From the NCBI RefSeq assembly GCF_009914755.1, contig NC_060934.1: DNA of 64,000 nt; one strand, 5' to 3'. The translations under genes and the position numbers were made by a program. Source of the stretch: the human T2T-CHM13v2.0 reference genome, Homo sapiens. Shown piece after piece: positions 19,022-35,409 of the stretch (position 1 is the stretch's first letter; every line of letters starts with the position of its first letter). The notes under the pieces are model-generated. The model had not been told where the DNA came from. It made no database searches and worked only from the letters and a program-made list of their open reading frames with translations.

Positions 19022-20703
19022 GTCCTTTCTTGCAGTAGCCCTACTTGTTTCTCCTCAGAGCAGTTTTTTCCTCTATACTTTCTCAATCTTCATATAAACC
19101 CAGAAGAGTTTGTTCTATTATAATTTTCCTCATTTGCTCTGTCTCTAACCTTGCATCCCTTAATTGAAACAGCTTCACCTATGTTGCTTTTCAGTTTATC
19201 ATTTTTAAGTCATCTCCCCAACAAGACACTCCGAATCAGCGTCTCTTATGTTCTTTCACAGAGTGAAGGGAATACTTGCTTCTTTTCTTGTTAGAAATCT
19301 TATTAGAATCCCTGTAGCCTTGCAATTATGTGGCTGTTATGTGAGATTATTATGTGCTTTAGGATTGTTCCAGAAGTCCCATTTCCCTACTGCTTAAGAA
19401 TAAAGGGTTCATCCCCATGGTGAGCAGGCATGTGGGAGCCCACACACAGCCCTGCCCCTGTACCTCAGCACAGGGGTCACACAGCAGGCTAAATCTCATC
19501 CTCTGAGATGCAACATCTGCCTTGACACTGATGGGAATGCTGGCATGACCGTGGAGCATGGCCTTGTGATGGACAGAGCTCATCTCATTTGTGAGATTCT
19601 GAGAAACCTCAAAAAAGAGAAACCACTGAAGCTGGTGCCAAACAGGTCTTCTCAGTGATCCTTGCCTTTTAGTTTTTCTTTTTCTTATGCACATGCTTCT
19701 AGGCAGGGGGTCTGTTCATCTAACTTCTGCCCTTGGCTAAGTAGATGAAAAAGAGGGGTTCATTGATTTCAAGTAATTTCTTGATCCCTTGGGGCAGAAG
19801 GATTACAGTCTTTCAGAGATAGTTTCTTTTTGTATATCAATGTATGCACCTTGTGCATAATAATTACCTACTAGCTACCAGATGTGCGCTTTTATCGTCT
19901 CTCTTAAGGGCAGTGACTTTGAAGTGGGTGGTGGTAACCCCAGTTTGCAGAAGAGGAACTAAGTTTCATGAGGGCAAAGTAACTTGTCTAACAATTTCTG
20001 TTGGAAAGCAGTGGAACTGAGAGTAGAGTCCTGGCTTATCTTAGTCCACCAACCTCTCTAGTTGCCATTTTAAAATTCAAAATGAAACCAGTGCCAACAC
20101 TTGTAGACAGACCAGCCACAAGGAAGGGCAAAAAGCACCTTTGAACCAGATGGTTTCAGAGCTGTCTACAAATCTGGGCTGTATTGTTTCCTGCTGTCTC
20201 CATCCTCACAGCCTTGGGACGCCATGCCACAAAAGCAGGAGGCTTTGTTTGAACAAGATCCTGGGTGATGGAGGCTCTTTCAGATGGCACCTGAGGAGGA
20301 GCCCCTTTTCTTGCGCTGTATGCCCCACGTGCATCTTGGCAGAGTAGTTGCCAGCTGAGTGCCTTTGATTCTGCTATTCTCTAGCAGTTAACTTTCAACT
20401 CCTCTCACCTGGCCCAACCCTAGTCTCTACTCCCAGTTTTGAAAAGGAAAAGACTAGTGGAGGATTGGTAGTGGGAGGACTGGGAAAGGTTGCACGCCGA
20501 GCACTACACTACCACTGCCCTGTGCCTGTTCCTGACCCTGCCGCTTAGCACTCTGCTTTCTCGCAGGAGCCTGGCCCAGCCCTGCTTCATCTGCCCACTC
20601 TGAAGAGCAGGATTGTGGTTCTGCCCCCAAGCATTTCATTTCTCTTTTGGTTCTCACATCCAATTAAATGTGTTTCACTTTGTAGTTTGTAGGTATAAGA
20701 GGG

Positions 20704-20994
<291 letters not shown>

Positions 20995-21041
20995 ATAAGA
21001 GGGTTTTTAAGGAGACACTTGGGACATTTGACGTAGGGAGG

Positions 21042-21402
21042 TGTATTAGTCTATTCTCACACTGCCATGAAGGGAATACCTGAGACTGGGAAATTTATAA
21101 AGAAAAGAGGTTTAATTGACTCACAGTTCCACATGACTGGGGAGGCCTCAAGAAACTCACAATCACGGTGGAAAACACCTCTTCACAGGCTAGCAGAAGA
21201 GAGCCTAAGCACCCAGTGAAGCGGGGGAAGCCCCTTATAAAATCATCAGGTCTCGTGAGAACTAACTCACTATCACGAGAGCAGGATGGGGCAAAACCAC
21301 CCCCATGAATCAATTATCTCCACCTGGTCCCTCCCACGAGATGTGGCGATTATGGGAACTACAAGATGGGATTTTGGTGGGAACACAGAGCCAACAATAT
21401 CA
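21042..21402 (-). mobile_element. THE1 (MaLR) solo LTR, THE1C/D-like
   Basis: tgtattagtc...gaaaagaggtttaattgactcacagttccaca...ccaacaatatca; about 360 bp; near-TSD GGAGG/GAAGG. Confidence 0.88.
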
Positions 21403-23994
21403 GAAGGGATATGGATGTTGACAACTCAAAACAGTTCCAGGTAGCCAAGCTGTCAGACACATTAGGGCAGGTGCAGGGGTAACAATTTGCCGCAAGGCTA
21501 AAGGCTCTGCAATGTGTAAGACACACCCCTTTTCTGTGCCCCTGTACTCTATTTTAGCTCCAACAGACTTAGGTCTAAAGAACGTGCAAGGTCAGAACTC
21601 TCTTCCTCTTTTTTTTTTTTTTCCCTGCTTCTAGGGGTCAGAAAAAAACTCATTTCTGAATCAACCCTGTGCTTTTCCCCAGTTATTTTCCTGTCACTTT
21701 AAAAACAAATACCCATTGTCTTCTATTATTTTAGAGTGAAATGTCCCTTTAAGACCCTGTACTCTGTAAGTTCTGTGCTAGGGCCATGCCTATCCGTTTT
21801 TGTTTTTCTTATTTTTACCCAGTGTTTGTCGAATATACAGTAGCTGGCACTTACTGAGCACTGACTATGTGTCAGGCTCTATGCTGAGTAATTTCTGTTC
21901 TTTGTGGCAGACAAACCTCACAACAACCCTGAAAGAATTACTGTTCTCTGCATGTTCCAAAGGAGTGGACTACACCTTAAAGAGGTTATTACCCATCATG
22001 GCCATGCAGCTGTAAGTGGTGGAAGCCAGCTTCACCGCAGGCCTCGTCCACCTCAGAGGTCCACAATGACGGGGAGCCTCTCTGGCGATGAGTGAGTGTT
22101 CCACCTGTGGTAGGCTAGCTCCCACAATACCCTGGCTGCTTCGCCCCTCAGAGACTGCCCCACAGACGACTGCCGTCTTCACCATGGTTCTCTTTAACTA
22201 GATTCTACCCATAGAGAAATGAGGAATGGGTGCTGGAGAGAAGCTGCACTCTGTGGAGCCCAGTTCATCTGCCCCCGATCTCCCCACCCCGGGGTGAACC
22301 TAGTGGTGAGGTAAGATTCTGGAATAGCCTTGCCAGAACTTTGTCTAGAAATGTGTGCAGAACCCAGCGTACTATCTTGTTAGCAAACTGGAGAGGTTCT
22401 AATCTAAACCTACCCAGTCCTTGCCTCATTATCAAATTCACTTGAAAGAGTGATTTTTCTAGTCTCTCCCCTTGGAGATTCTACACTGGATCTCGGGCAG
22501 GGCCCAGGAGGGCCACAGGTGAGACCTGCTAACCAGGGAAATGTATTGACCTCAAAAAGTGGAGTTAGGTGGGCTAAAATTTTGACCTTTGGAAAGGATG
22601 GTTTGTGAACCTGGGAGACATCCTTTTTGAGGCATCTATACAAAAGAAAGCAGCAGAGATTTTTTGTTTTGTTTGTTTTTATCCAATGAGGAAAGTGGAA
22701 TTTATCTTTGGTAAATAAACAGTGGCACAGCAACTGGGTATAGAGGGGAGTCTCTGAAACTGGCAGAATTTTAGACAGAAAGGCCCCCAAGCTGGAGGGC
22801 TGGGGTTACAGAGATGAGTGAGCCAATGTCTGCATCCTGACCAGCCACAGTAATGTGCTACTGCCCCATTTTACTTGGGGCTATTAAGCTCATTCCTTTC
22901 TTGAGTGGAGAGTAATTTTAAACCAGCCAGTTTGATTCATCAGCCTCCTTATTAGAAGAAACCTGAAGCTCACAGCTGATGAGTCTGTGCCAGCAGCAGC
23001 TCTGAGGGTGGGACTTGCTGGTAATCACAGCCCTGGTGGTGCAGATATGCTGCTGGGGGGCCTTATGGCTGCTCCTTGCCACCTGATACTGTCCTTGTAC
23101 CAGTGGTTTCTAGGGTGCTTCTGTTAAAAGCTGCTGTGGTCACACATGAAGTGTGACCAACTCCATAGTTGTCTCCTCTAGCCCAGCCCACCAAGAAAAA
23201 CCCTAATGGTCCCTGCCCAGCATTCAGAACTCAGACTTGAAGCATCCCTGATCTCTGAGTCCACACCAGACCCTGTTCCAGTAGGAAGCCCCAGGTCTGG
23301 TCAGTCTGTCACAGGCCTCATTATGATTCAGCTTGCCTCCCAGAAGGCTTCCCACCCTGCTGCCTTCATTCCTGGACCTGAGGAGCTGCTCCTTGCAGTC
23401 TGCCATCTTCCATATTCACCCCCACCTCCTTCAAAAAACTCGTATCACCAAGACTTCTGGAACGTTCCTTTTACTACATGAGAATTTTTTTGAGGTTTCT
23501 TTTCTTTGAAACACTCTCTCATAGAGACCAGACTTCCTCATCCACCTTCTCTCTCAGGTTTAGGAAGAGGGACCAATGAGCTCCTGGCTTGGTGGCCACT
23601 TTGCTTGACCACTGTTGTTTAGCCATCACCTCTTCCAGTTCTGTCTGCTCCTCTCCCCCACCTCCCCCACACACCCCCACCCCACATATTCCCACCAGCA
23701 TCCTCAGCACCATTTACTCAGGACACAGGGGCACTTCCTGCCTTAAGCTCAGTCTTCTTCTCCACCCTACAGCCTGTCATCCTTCACAGTGACTTCAACC
23801 TTCTTCCTCCCAATTTCCACCCTCAGAGGTCCTCTCACCCCAATTCTGACATCCTCTGGAAACTTGAGATCAGCGTTGAAGCATAATTTTTGCAAAGTTG
23901 AAATCATGATTCTCATACAGGCTATAGTGAGAATTTGTCAGGGACTTATTAATGAGGGAACCAGCAGGATGACAAAAGTTGTCTAGGACATTAA

Positions 23995-24321
<327 letters not shown>

Positions 24322-24890
24322 CTGGGCTTATCTTTTCTAGCAGACAAGAGTCACTTCCAATTTACCAGCCTCTATTTCCCTGTAAGTTAACATCTCATTT
24401 ACAGAGTCTGGGTCTAATCAGTAGAAAACAGTGGGTCAATTGAAGCTACTTTCCCCTGGAGAGTCAGATGACCCTTAGAGGGTCTGTTGGACCATGCTCT
24501 AGTGTGGCTTTGAAAGAACATCCAGTGAGCTTGTCATGTCTTTCCAAGTATTAGATACATTTCCAAAACATAGGAAGCTCCTCTGACCACCCACTTCAGG
24601 CCTCAGAGCATGGCCATGAGGAAGGCAGCTCATGGACTCTCAGGGTAGAAGGCAGGCCTGATAAGGAGCAGCTCAGGTCAAGGTCCATGTGTGTGTGGGA
24701 TGGTGGGAAGGAAGGGAAAGTGTACAGGGAGTGGGGTTAGGGACCTGCACCATAGGGATGAATGATAGATTTGGGGAGTGACTCTTTGGTTTTATTCAAC
24801 AATCATTTGGTAAGGACCTGAAATATAAAAACCTGTAAGTTTGATGCTTTGATTAACCAATTTTTCTGATGGGAAAACTGATTAGGAACA

Positions 24891-25204
<314 letters not shown>

Positions 25205-25306
25205 TTAGGAAAGAGTCACCAACTAAGCGGGAAAGACCAGTATTACCAGGCCTATGTGGGAGCTTCCACATCACTCCACACACTGACCCAACTGTGTGGG
25301 AGGCCG

Positions 25307-25510
25307 CTGAATGGGTGGTAGAGGTGACACTGGATGTGTGTGTGTGTCAGTACACACTGAACACTGAAGTGGGAGGTAGAAGGGACACTCTGTGTGTGTG
25401 AGTGTGTATTGTGTATAAACACACCCTGAGTGGGAGGTTGAGGTGACACTATGTCAGCATACGTATGTGTATGTGTGTGAGCACACACTGAAGTGGGAGG
25501 TAGAGGAGAC

Positions 25511-25552
<42 letters not shown>

Positions 25553-25633
25553 TGAGCGCACCCTGAGCGGAAGGTAGAGGTGGCACTGTGTGTGTGTACA
25601 TGCTCATGTACTGGATGGGAGGTAGGAGGTGAC
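25307..25633. repeat. Composite minisatellite: six copies of CTGA(A)GTGGGAGGTAGAGGTGACACT separated by (TG)n-rich spacers
   Basis: Unit starts at about 25307, 25364, 25426, 25488, 25563 and 25611. Confidence 0.85.
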
Positions 25634-26514
25634 TTCCTCCAGCAGCAGGTGCAGAGCCCAGGCCTGGTGTGGTCTGACACATCTAAACAAAGGCAACTGC
25701 AGGATTCCACACATCCTCACTGCAGGGCCCTCATTCCTGTCCTTCTTCAGCACCAGCTGCCTTGGACCCCAGGGAATGAGCTCAGCAAGCGGGGGCCACA
25801 GCAATGACAGCAGCTGGCACGGCCTTTGACAGATTTGTGCTCCAGCTTTAGCACTGTTCCCAGGAAGGATGGGTCTCTGCCCTCCTGTGGACTGGAAGGA
25901 GGAGGAGGAGGAGGTAGGGAGGGGGGTAGTCTGGGGCTTGTAATTGGATAGGAGGCTGTGATGGTGGCAGCTGTGGCAGGGGCCTGAGGAGGGGGCTTGG
26001 GTGGATGGAACGAGGTTGGGCCTGGGGTTTGGACTCATTCATCACCCTGGAGGCAGCTCTCCTGGGCACTGGAACTCTCACTCTCACGTCTACTCCAGAG
26101 TCCCTCATGTCACCCACACAGCCTGTGCAGGCATGATGTTTCCTAAGTGGGGAGAGCCCCAGGAAGCACCCACTCATCGAGGGAGACAATACACATAGAC
26201 TCTGGAAAAAGGCGTGGGTTTTGAGTCTCAGCTGTGCAACTTGTTAGTTGTGTGGTCTTGGGCAAGTCTGTTAACCTTTGCCTCCATTTCCTCTCTGGTA
26301 AAATGGAGACATCACACGAAACTATCTAAAAAGGTGGCTTGAGAATTATGTGTGAACAGAGTGCCTTGCGTGCAGTGCTCGCTATGTGAGACTTAGGTTT
26401 AGCTTTTTGTGCCAGTTGGCAGCCAGGTTACCTTTGTAATATTTGGGGCTGGGTAAGTTTGCATGTACTCACTCTGGAATGGGCTCAACAGCAGCTCCTG
26501 AAGAGGGAAAGTTT

Positions 26515-27039
26515 TCCTACAGTTATTTATTATTGTGTAACAAACGTCACCAAAACTCAGGTAGATTAAAACAAGCACCATTTGATTGCATCTTATGAAT
26601 TTGAAGATCGGAAATCCAGGCAGGACTCACTAATGAGTGGTGGTTGCCTAAGTGGGATGGAGAGGGCAGATGGACTGGAGGGCCCAAGACGGCATCGCTC
26701 CCGTGTCTGGTGTGTGTTTAGGGGAAGTGAGAAGGCTGGACTCAGAGATGCTGTCAGCCAGAGGCCTGCAAGTGAGTTCTCTGGCCTGGCGGTCTCAGCG
26801 TGGCTGGACTTCTTACATGGAAGCTCAGGTTTACAAGAGGGAGTGCTAACTAATGGCTAAAGTAGAAGCTGCTAAGCTGCTTATGACCTAGCCTTGGAAG
26901 TCCTAGAACATCACTTCCACATCATTCAATTTGTCAGGTGAGGTACTAAGCCCAACCTAGTTTCAAGCAGAGGGGAATTTGGCCCCACCTCTCCATGGAG
27001 GAATAGCCATGATTTTGCAGCCGTCTTTAATCTACCACA
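26515..27039 (-). mobile_element. Old MLT1-type LTR
   Basis: ttattattgtgtaacaaac...caaaactcag...ttaaaacaa...catcacttccac...ttaatctaccaca. Confidence 0.65.
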
Positions 27040-28519
27040 GTTACACTCAACAAGGATCTTACAAAGTATTTCTCTGCATAGAATATTTCCAGGGCCATCT
27101 TGGGAGAGAACTAGATCAGTACTGGATCAGCCATCAGGAAACCTGGTGTTTGAATCCAGCCAACCATCACTTTGAGCTCCCATTACACTAAAGACCCTAT
27201 GCCTGATGCTGGGAACTTGAAGGGAGGAAAGAGTGTGCTCCTGGTTTCTAGATCTCTGCCTGGATTTGCTTCTAATGTAGTGACCTCAGGCAAATCATAT
27301 CCCTTCTTGGTGCCCACTTCCCTAGTGAGTAGGACAAGAAGGAGCATGGATTTGCTGCCCATGAGCCCTTTCCTAGCACCAGAGCCCTGTGAGGCTGACT
27401 GGCACTACTGGGGAAACAAAGAGACCTCCCTGGCCTCATGCCAACTTTCCAGCTGGTTCCAGAGGTGTCTATGCACCTCTCATCTTTAGCAAAGTCAGAG
27501 AAAAACAGCTTCACAAAGCTCCACAGGGAAGAGGTAACCTGGTCTGCCTAGAAGATTCTCAGCAGGACTTCTTTAAACTGCCAGCTCTCCCAGAACTCTG
27601 GAAGAATTGGATATACAAAAAGGGAATTCCTGGCCCTTTCTCAGCAACACTGAGACATAAAGCCCCACTTGCTCTGTGAACTCCAGTATGTTGAGGAATG
27701 AGATTTGCAAGTCTGGCTGAGCCAAGGTGTCAAGGGGGAGAGCCCCAGGCCATGTGGAGCCCCTCTACTCACTGGCTGTACACTGATCTCCTTGCCTGGA
27801 GAGGTCCCCAGAGCAGGCAATCAGTCCAGATGGGGATCTCCAGAAGGCTTAGCAGACCACCAAGGCCCCAGCCTCTCCCCTTCAAGACCACCCTGGAGTC
27901 TCAGATCCTCTGGGTATCTATGGGCCAGGCCATCCCAGTGAGGGAGTAGGGGAGCCAGGTTCTGACCACCAGTGGAGGAGGTGGGGGAAGGGAGTGTAGG
28001 CAGAGCGCTCTGGCCTGGAGCCAGGCTGTGGGATTTGCAATTATCCGGGGGCCTGTAAATACTTGGAGCCGCTTTTTAATCTTGAGGCCACGAGTAATTG
28101 AGCCAACTGTGTGTTGTATCCTACAGCTGGGCCCTGCTTCCTCCCACTCACAGACACACACACATTTATTTACACCTGTTACACACACACATACACACCC
28201 CATTTAGAGAGAGAGAAGTACCTTGTATGGAGTGTTTATACTCTGTGCTAGCTGTGCGTTAGGTGCTTTTCGTACAATATCTCATTTAATTGTTACATCA
28301 ACTCTGTAAGGTGGGCCCCAATATCCCCATTTTGCAGAAAAAGAAACTGCCCCAATGGGAGGTAAAGTAACCTGCCTAAAGATCCACAGCTCATAAGTAG
28401 CAGAAAGAGGACTTGAGCCCCTATTCCCCTCCCTACTAGCTCAGGCCCTTCCATAGGCTCAGTCCAAGGCAGCTAGACATTGCCTGACATCACCTCTCTT
28501 TGGTATCTAATGGGGACAT

Positions 28520-29260
28520 TGGAGGTAAAAATGACTACACATCTAAAAGAAAAGGTTGATAAATTCTTTAAAAAAAAAAAAGAAAAAAACCCTGCGTGGC
28601 CAAAAAGTACACCATAAGCGAAGCTAAAAGACAAGTGTCAAGCTAAGAAAAAAACATGCCATTGATATTAAGGCAAAAGGCTAATCTTCTTAATATATAA
28701 AGAGTTCCTATCATTTATATGAAATAATGCCAAAACAATTTTAAAAATAGGCAAAGGATAAAGACTCTTCAGAAAAAGAAATACAAATGGTTCTTAATAA
28801 AAAGATGTTCATCCTCACTTATAAAAAGAATAATACAAAGTTAAGCTATACTGACATTTACATTTGGCAAACAACTCAATTCCACATTATACAAAGAAAT
28901 TCTACAATATAATCAGAAAAATACAGATAACTCAATTTTAATTTTCAAAATGGGCAAAAGGTCTCAAAAGCATTTCCCAAAGCCAATACACATTGGAAAG
29001 TCTTCAGAGAATGTGAATTAAAATCACAAATTACTACTACATATCCACCAGTGTGGCTAAAATTAAAAAGACTCACAGTATCAAGTGTTGAGGATATAGA
29101 GCAACTGAGACTCTTGTATACTGCTGGTGGGAGTGTAAACCACCACCATTGGTATAACCACTTTGGGAAAAGGTCTGATGGTCCATAAACCAGAACATAC
29201 AACCACGCTATGATTAGTAATTCTACTCATAGTTACATACCTCAGATAAATTAGCACATT
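28520..29260 (+). mobile_element. Old L1M (ORF2 3' part) fragments, sense
   Basis: aaatgggcaaaag..., gtgttgaggatatagagcaactgagactcttgtatactgctggtgggagtgtaaac. Confidence 0.7.
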
Positions 29261-29279
29261 TTTACCACCCCCAAAAAGG

Positions 29280-30910
<1,631 letters not shown>

Positions 30911-30914
30911 CAAT

Positions 30915-31540
30915 TTTTATTTTTTTTAACTTTTATTTTAGGTTCAGGGGTACATGTGCAGGTTTGTTATATAGGTAAACTTGTGTAGCGGGGATTTCTT
31001 ATACAGATTATTTTATCACCCAGGTACTAAGCTTAGTACCCAACAGTTATTTTTTTTCTGATCCTCTCCCTCCTCCTACTCTCTGTCCTTAAATAGACCT
31101 TGGCGTCTGTTGTTTTCATCTTTGTGTCCACATGTTCTCATCATTTAGCTCCCACTTATAAGTGAGAACATGTGGTATTTGGTTTTCTGTCGTGCATTAG
31201 TTTGCAGAGGATGATGGCCTCCAGCTCTATCCGTGTTCCTGTGAAGGACATGAACTCATTCTTTTTTATGGCAGCATAGTATTCCATGGTGTATATATAC
31301 CACATTTTCTTTATCCAGTCTATCACTGATGGGCATTTAGGTCTATTCCATGTCTCTGCTATTGTGAATAGTGCTGCAATGAAGATACATGTGAATGTGT
31401 CTTTACGGTGGAATGATTTATATTTCTTTGGGTATACCCAATAATGGGATTGCTGGATCGAATAGTAGTTCTGTTTTCAGCTTTTTGAGGAATCACCACA
31501 CCACTTTCCACAATGGTAGAGCTAATTTACACACCTACCA
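30915..31540 (-). mobile_element. L1PA/PB 3' end, 5'-truncated, antisense
   Basis: ttttaggttcaggggtacatgtgcaggtttgtt...gctcccacttataagtgagaacatgtggtatttggttttctg...ttgaggaatcaccacacc. Confidence 0.88.
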
Positions 31541-31980
31541 AGTGCACTTGTACACCCAGCTGCCCAGATGGGAACTCTGTTAGCACCACTGTTAGCTTCT
31601 CCCTTTCTCTCATTCCTCATATCCAAATAGCTACCAAGGCCTGTGGGTTGTATTTCCTGAATTTTATGAAACATGCCCCTGCCTCTCCACTGCTGTGCCA
31701 TTATCTCAGTGAAAGCCACCACTGACTCTAGTTTGCACAAATGCAGCAGCATCCTAATGGCTTTTCACAGAATTCTTACTGATTACAAAGGAGTTACTAA
31801 TTACAAAGGAGTGGAGAAGACTAGCAGACACCATCTTAGTCAACAGACCAAAATGAACATCATTATTAACAGGACAAATTGAAACCATGAACCACTTGAT
31901 AAGATGCAATGAGAAAAATCACTTCTGTGATACTCCTGCCAAGGATGCATAACCTGAATCCAAGTATGGAGGAAACTTAA

Positions 31981-32333
<353 letters not shown>

Positions 32334-32596
32334 TGACCTGTTATCTTGAAAATTGTCAAGATCATGAAAGTCAAGGGAAGATCAAGGAACTATTCCATCT
32401 TTCAGCATTTAAGGAAGCTGAAGAAACGTGACAACTAAATGCACCATGTGATTTGGAGCTGGATTCTTTTGCTATAAAGAAAATGATTGGGACAACTGGC
32501 AAAATTTTGTCTGAGGATTAAAAGAGAGTAATGCAACTATGTGAAATCCCTGCTTTTGAAGGTTGTATTGAGGTTATGCAGGATAAATCACACACT

Positions 32597-32790
32597 AGAG
32601 ACCAACCTGGGCAACACAGGGAGACCCTTGCCTCTCTAAAAAAAAAAATTAGCTGGGCATGGTTGGGCACATCTGTGGTGCCAGCTTCTCAGGAGACTGA
32701 GGTGGGAGGATCTCTTGAGCCCAGGGCTTGGGGCTGCAGTGAGCTGTGATTGTGCCCCTGTATTCCAGCCTGGGTGACAGAAAGGCTTTG
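32597..32790 (+). mobile_element. Partial Alu (J-like)
   Basis: gagaccaacctgggcaac...ccagcctgggtgacaga. Confidence 0.8.
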
Positions 32791-35409
32791 TCTTAATACT
32801 CCCCCACTGTCCTCATACCCCACCAACCTCCAAAATAAAAAAAAAAGTCAGTAAAGTGTTCAGGAATAATGAGGCATCAGGTCAGCTTCTTACTCTCAAA
32901 TGGAAGAAAAGAAGTTACTTGTACTTCCAAAGTTTCTGTAAGTTTGTGCTTATTTCAAAAATCTTCAAAAAAGTACACATAAATGATACATATTTACTTC
33001 TAGATTTATTTATATTCTCTATATAAGAAATAAATATAGATAAAATACATACAGAAATAAATTCACACTGAAACTTCCAATTCCAGTTTCACACCATAGA
33101 ATTTATTCTCATTTTCTCCCTTTACATCTTTGCAGCCCATTTCTCCAGTGGCAAGAATTCTGGTTTCATTATCCTGAATGTGTTGCCTTCTTTGATTAAT
33201 CCCTCTGTATGTGACCAATGTCCATGTCCTCCACTAATCCTTCCCTCATCAGACACTCTCCTCTCCGCTTGGGCCCCAAATCCCCCATTCCAGGCCACCT
33301 GTCACCTACGCATAGATGCTCTCATCAGCTCGGGAACTCAGCCTCCCCACATGTGGACGCCCTCTTCACTCCACTTGGACTCTGACACCCATGCTAGGCT
33401 GGGCCTCTGCCCCTCCCAATGAATGTTCTCCTTGCCCCACCCGTTCTATGACTCTCCATATTGGGCCACCACTTCCCCACACCAGCAGATTCCCTTCTCA
33501 CCCCACTTGGTCTCTTACCTTTCGTGCTGGGCTGCCCCTCCATGGGACAACTGCTTTGTCCTCTTCCCATTCTGATTCCCATGACTTGCCACCTCCCAAA
33601 TGGATGCCTCCTCACCCTCCACAGACTCCAACACCCTCACTCTGGGTCACTGCAGTGTTATCCTCCCCAGTACCCCCCCCCATGAATTGTTCAGCAAGGA
33701 AAGGAGAGGGAAGGAGAAGAAGCAGTTTCCCATTTTCTTTTTTTTTAGTAAATGAAGAAACCGAGGCTTGGAAAGGCCACATTACCAGCCTGAAGTCAGA
33801 CAGTTGATAAGTGATAGAGATGGAATTTGAACCCAAGAAGTCAGTCTCCAGAGTTCCTGCTCAGGCCTGCTATGCTGTGGCCTGTTCACAGGGCGCCCTT
33901 GACACCACTGCTGCCTGAGTTGACTCAGTTCCAGCCCTATGAGTCTAAACTGTACGATAGGTGTTATTTCATTTCACAAATGGGAAAACTGAGAGTTGGA
34001 GAACTTAAGTACCTTGCCCAAGGCCATGCAACCTGGAAGCAGCCTGGATTTGACCCCGTGCCTTTTGGACTCCAGACTTATGAGGGTAATCACTGTGCCA
34101 GAGGGCCCAGAGGGAAGGCAGTTGACTCTGACTTTCAATTCCTGTCTCATCCCAGGAATATCTGACTCAAGGCAGGGTCCTTGTCTGACTTTTGGGGGTC
34201 TCCTGGCTCACTCTCAGCTGACTAAGGCAGTGTGGCTCAGAAGCAAGTACATGCAATTTGAGTCTTTGCCACTTACTTGCTGTGTGACTTTGGGAAAGCC
34301 ACCCAATCTCTGAGTAGACACAATAATGGCACTCTTCTGGGTGGCCATGAGGAATCAGCGAGAGAGCAGGTCATTTGCTTGGTATGGGGCCTGGCCCAGG
34401 GTGGGCTTTCAGTAAATGGAAGCTCTTACTGTTGTAAAAACAAACCTCAGAAGGCAGTGAGGGAGGTCTTGTCCAGCACCTAATAGAGAGAAGGTGTCAT
34501 GGAGAGTTCAGAGGCATGGAGACTAGGAGTGGGTGGAGAGCCAAGAGCTTTTACCCTGAGTTTGATCATCAGGCCATGGAGGGTCATTCCTTTACTGCCT
34601 CCAAGCAGGAGTTCTTAATTAAGGCAAAGCAAATTATTATTTTGTTTGTTTCCTTTTTTTTCCCCCAATAAGCCTTTTGCACTCCTAAGACAAAATAAAT
34701 AATTACTGGTACATTTTATTAGGGTCATCAAAGGAAGCCAACAATCTGTCAGTGGGATGTGGAATGCAGGAAGCACTACCTCCAGGGACACCAAGGTGTT
34801 GTTGGAGTTGGCTTCCCTTTTTCGGGGGTGTTAGAGAGGTAGAGCTGAGACCAGTGGGATGAGCTGCTCTTGTGGGATGGGAGTAACTTTCACGAGCTCC
34901 TTCATGGTTCCAGCTTGTGGGGCCTGGGCTCACCTGCATGCCCCAGACCTGTTGGATAGTGGTCTCAACTTTTCACTTACTCCTTCACTGACTCCCTCAG
35001 CCTGAGGATTCAGGTTGACCATCTAAGGATCTGGGCTCTTAGCTGCCCAGACAGAGATCTCCAGATGCCAGGACCCTCCCAGAGAGAGGCTGGACCCTCT
35101 GGTCCACTTATTGCTGGTGCCCCCAAGAGATTTGCATACGAGGAAAAGATCACACCCTCCAAATTCAGACAAGCCTGAACTTGAACCTTGGCATGTGTGT
35201 GCCCTAAGCTAAGTTTCTTCACCTTCCCAGGCCTCAGTTTCTTCATCTATAATGTAAGGCCAAGTCATGCATACCTTATATGGGTGTTGTGAAGGTTAAG
35301 TGAGTGTCCTTCGTTATTCCATAAGCCAATGTTTGTTGAATGTTTGCTGTGGTTAATTTTATTGTTTTCAAATCCTGGCTGTGCTCCTAATTGGTTGAGT
35401 GACCTTAGA

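Noticed and set aside
19359-20663. Unique intergenic ORFs as a possible processed pseudogene
   Set aside because: No recognisable protein similarity, poly(A) tail or TSD by eye; a BLASTX search would be needed to exclude it fully.
21133-21145. PRDM9 hotspot motif position in the THE1 LTR
   Set aside because: Reads CCTCCCCAGTCAT on the minus strand, differing from CCTCCCTNNCCAC at key positions.
25307-25633. CRISPR-like repeat-spacer appearance
   Set aside because: Human DNA; spacers are low-complexity TG runs, repeats are degenerate, and there are no cas genes.
31778-31812. 18-bp tandem duplication (ACT(G/A)ATTACAAAGGAGT); a similar one at ~43702-43748
   Set aside because: Ordinary slippage events inside old L1 sequence.
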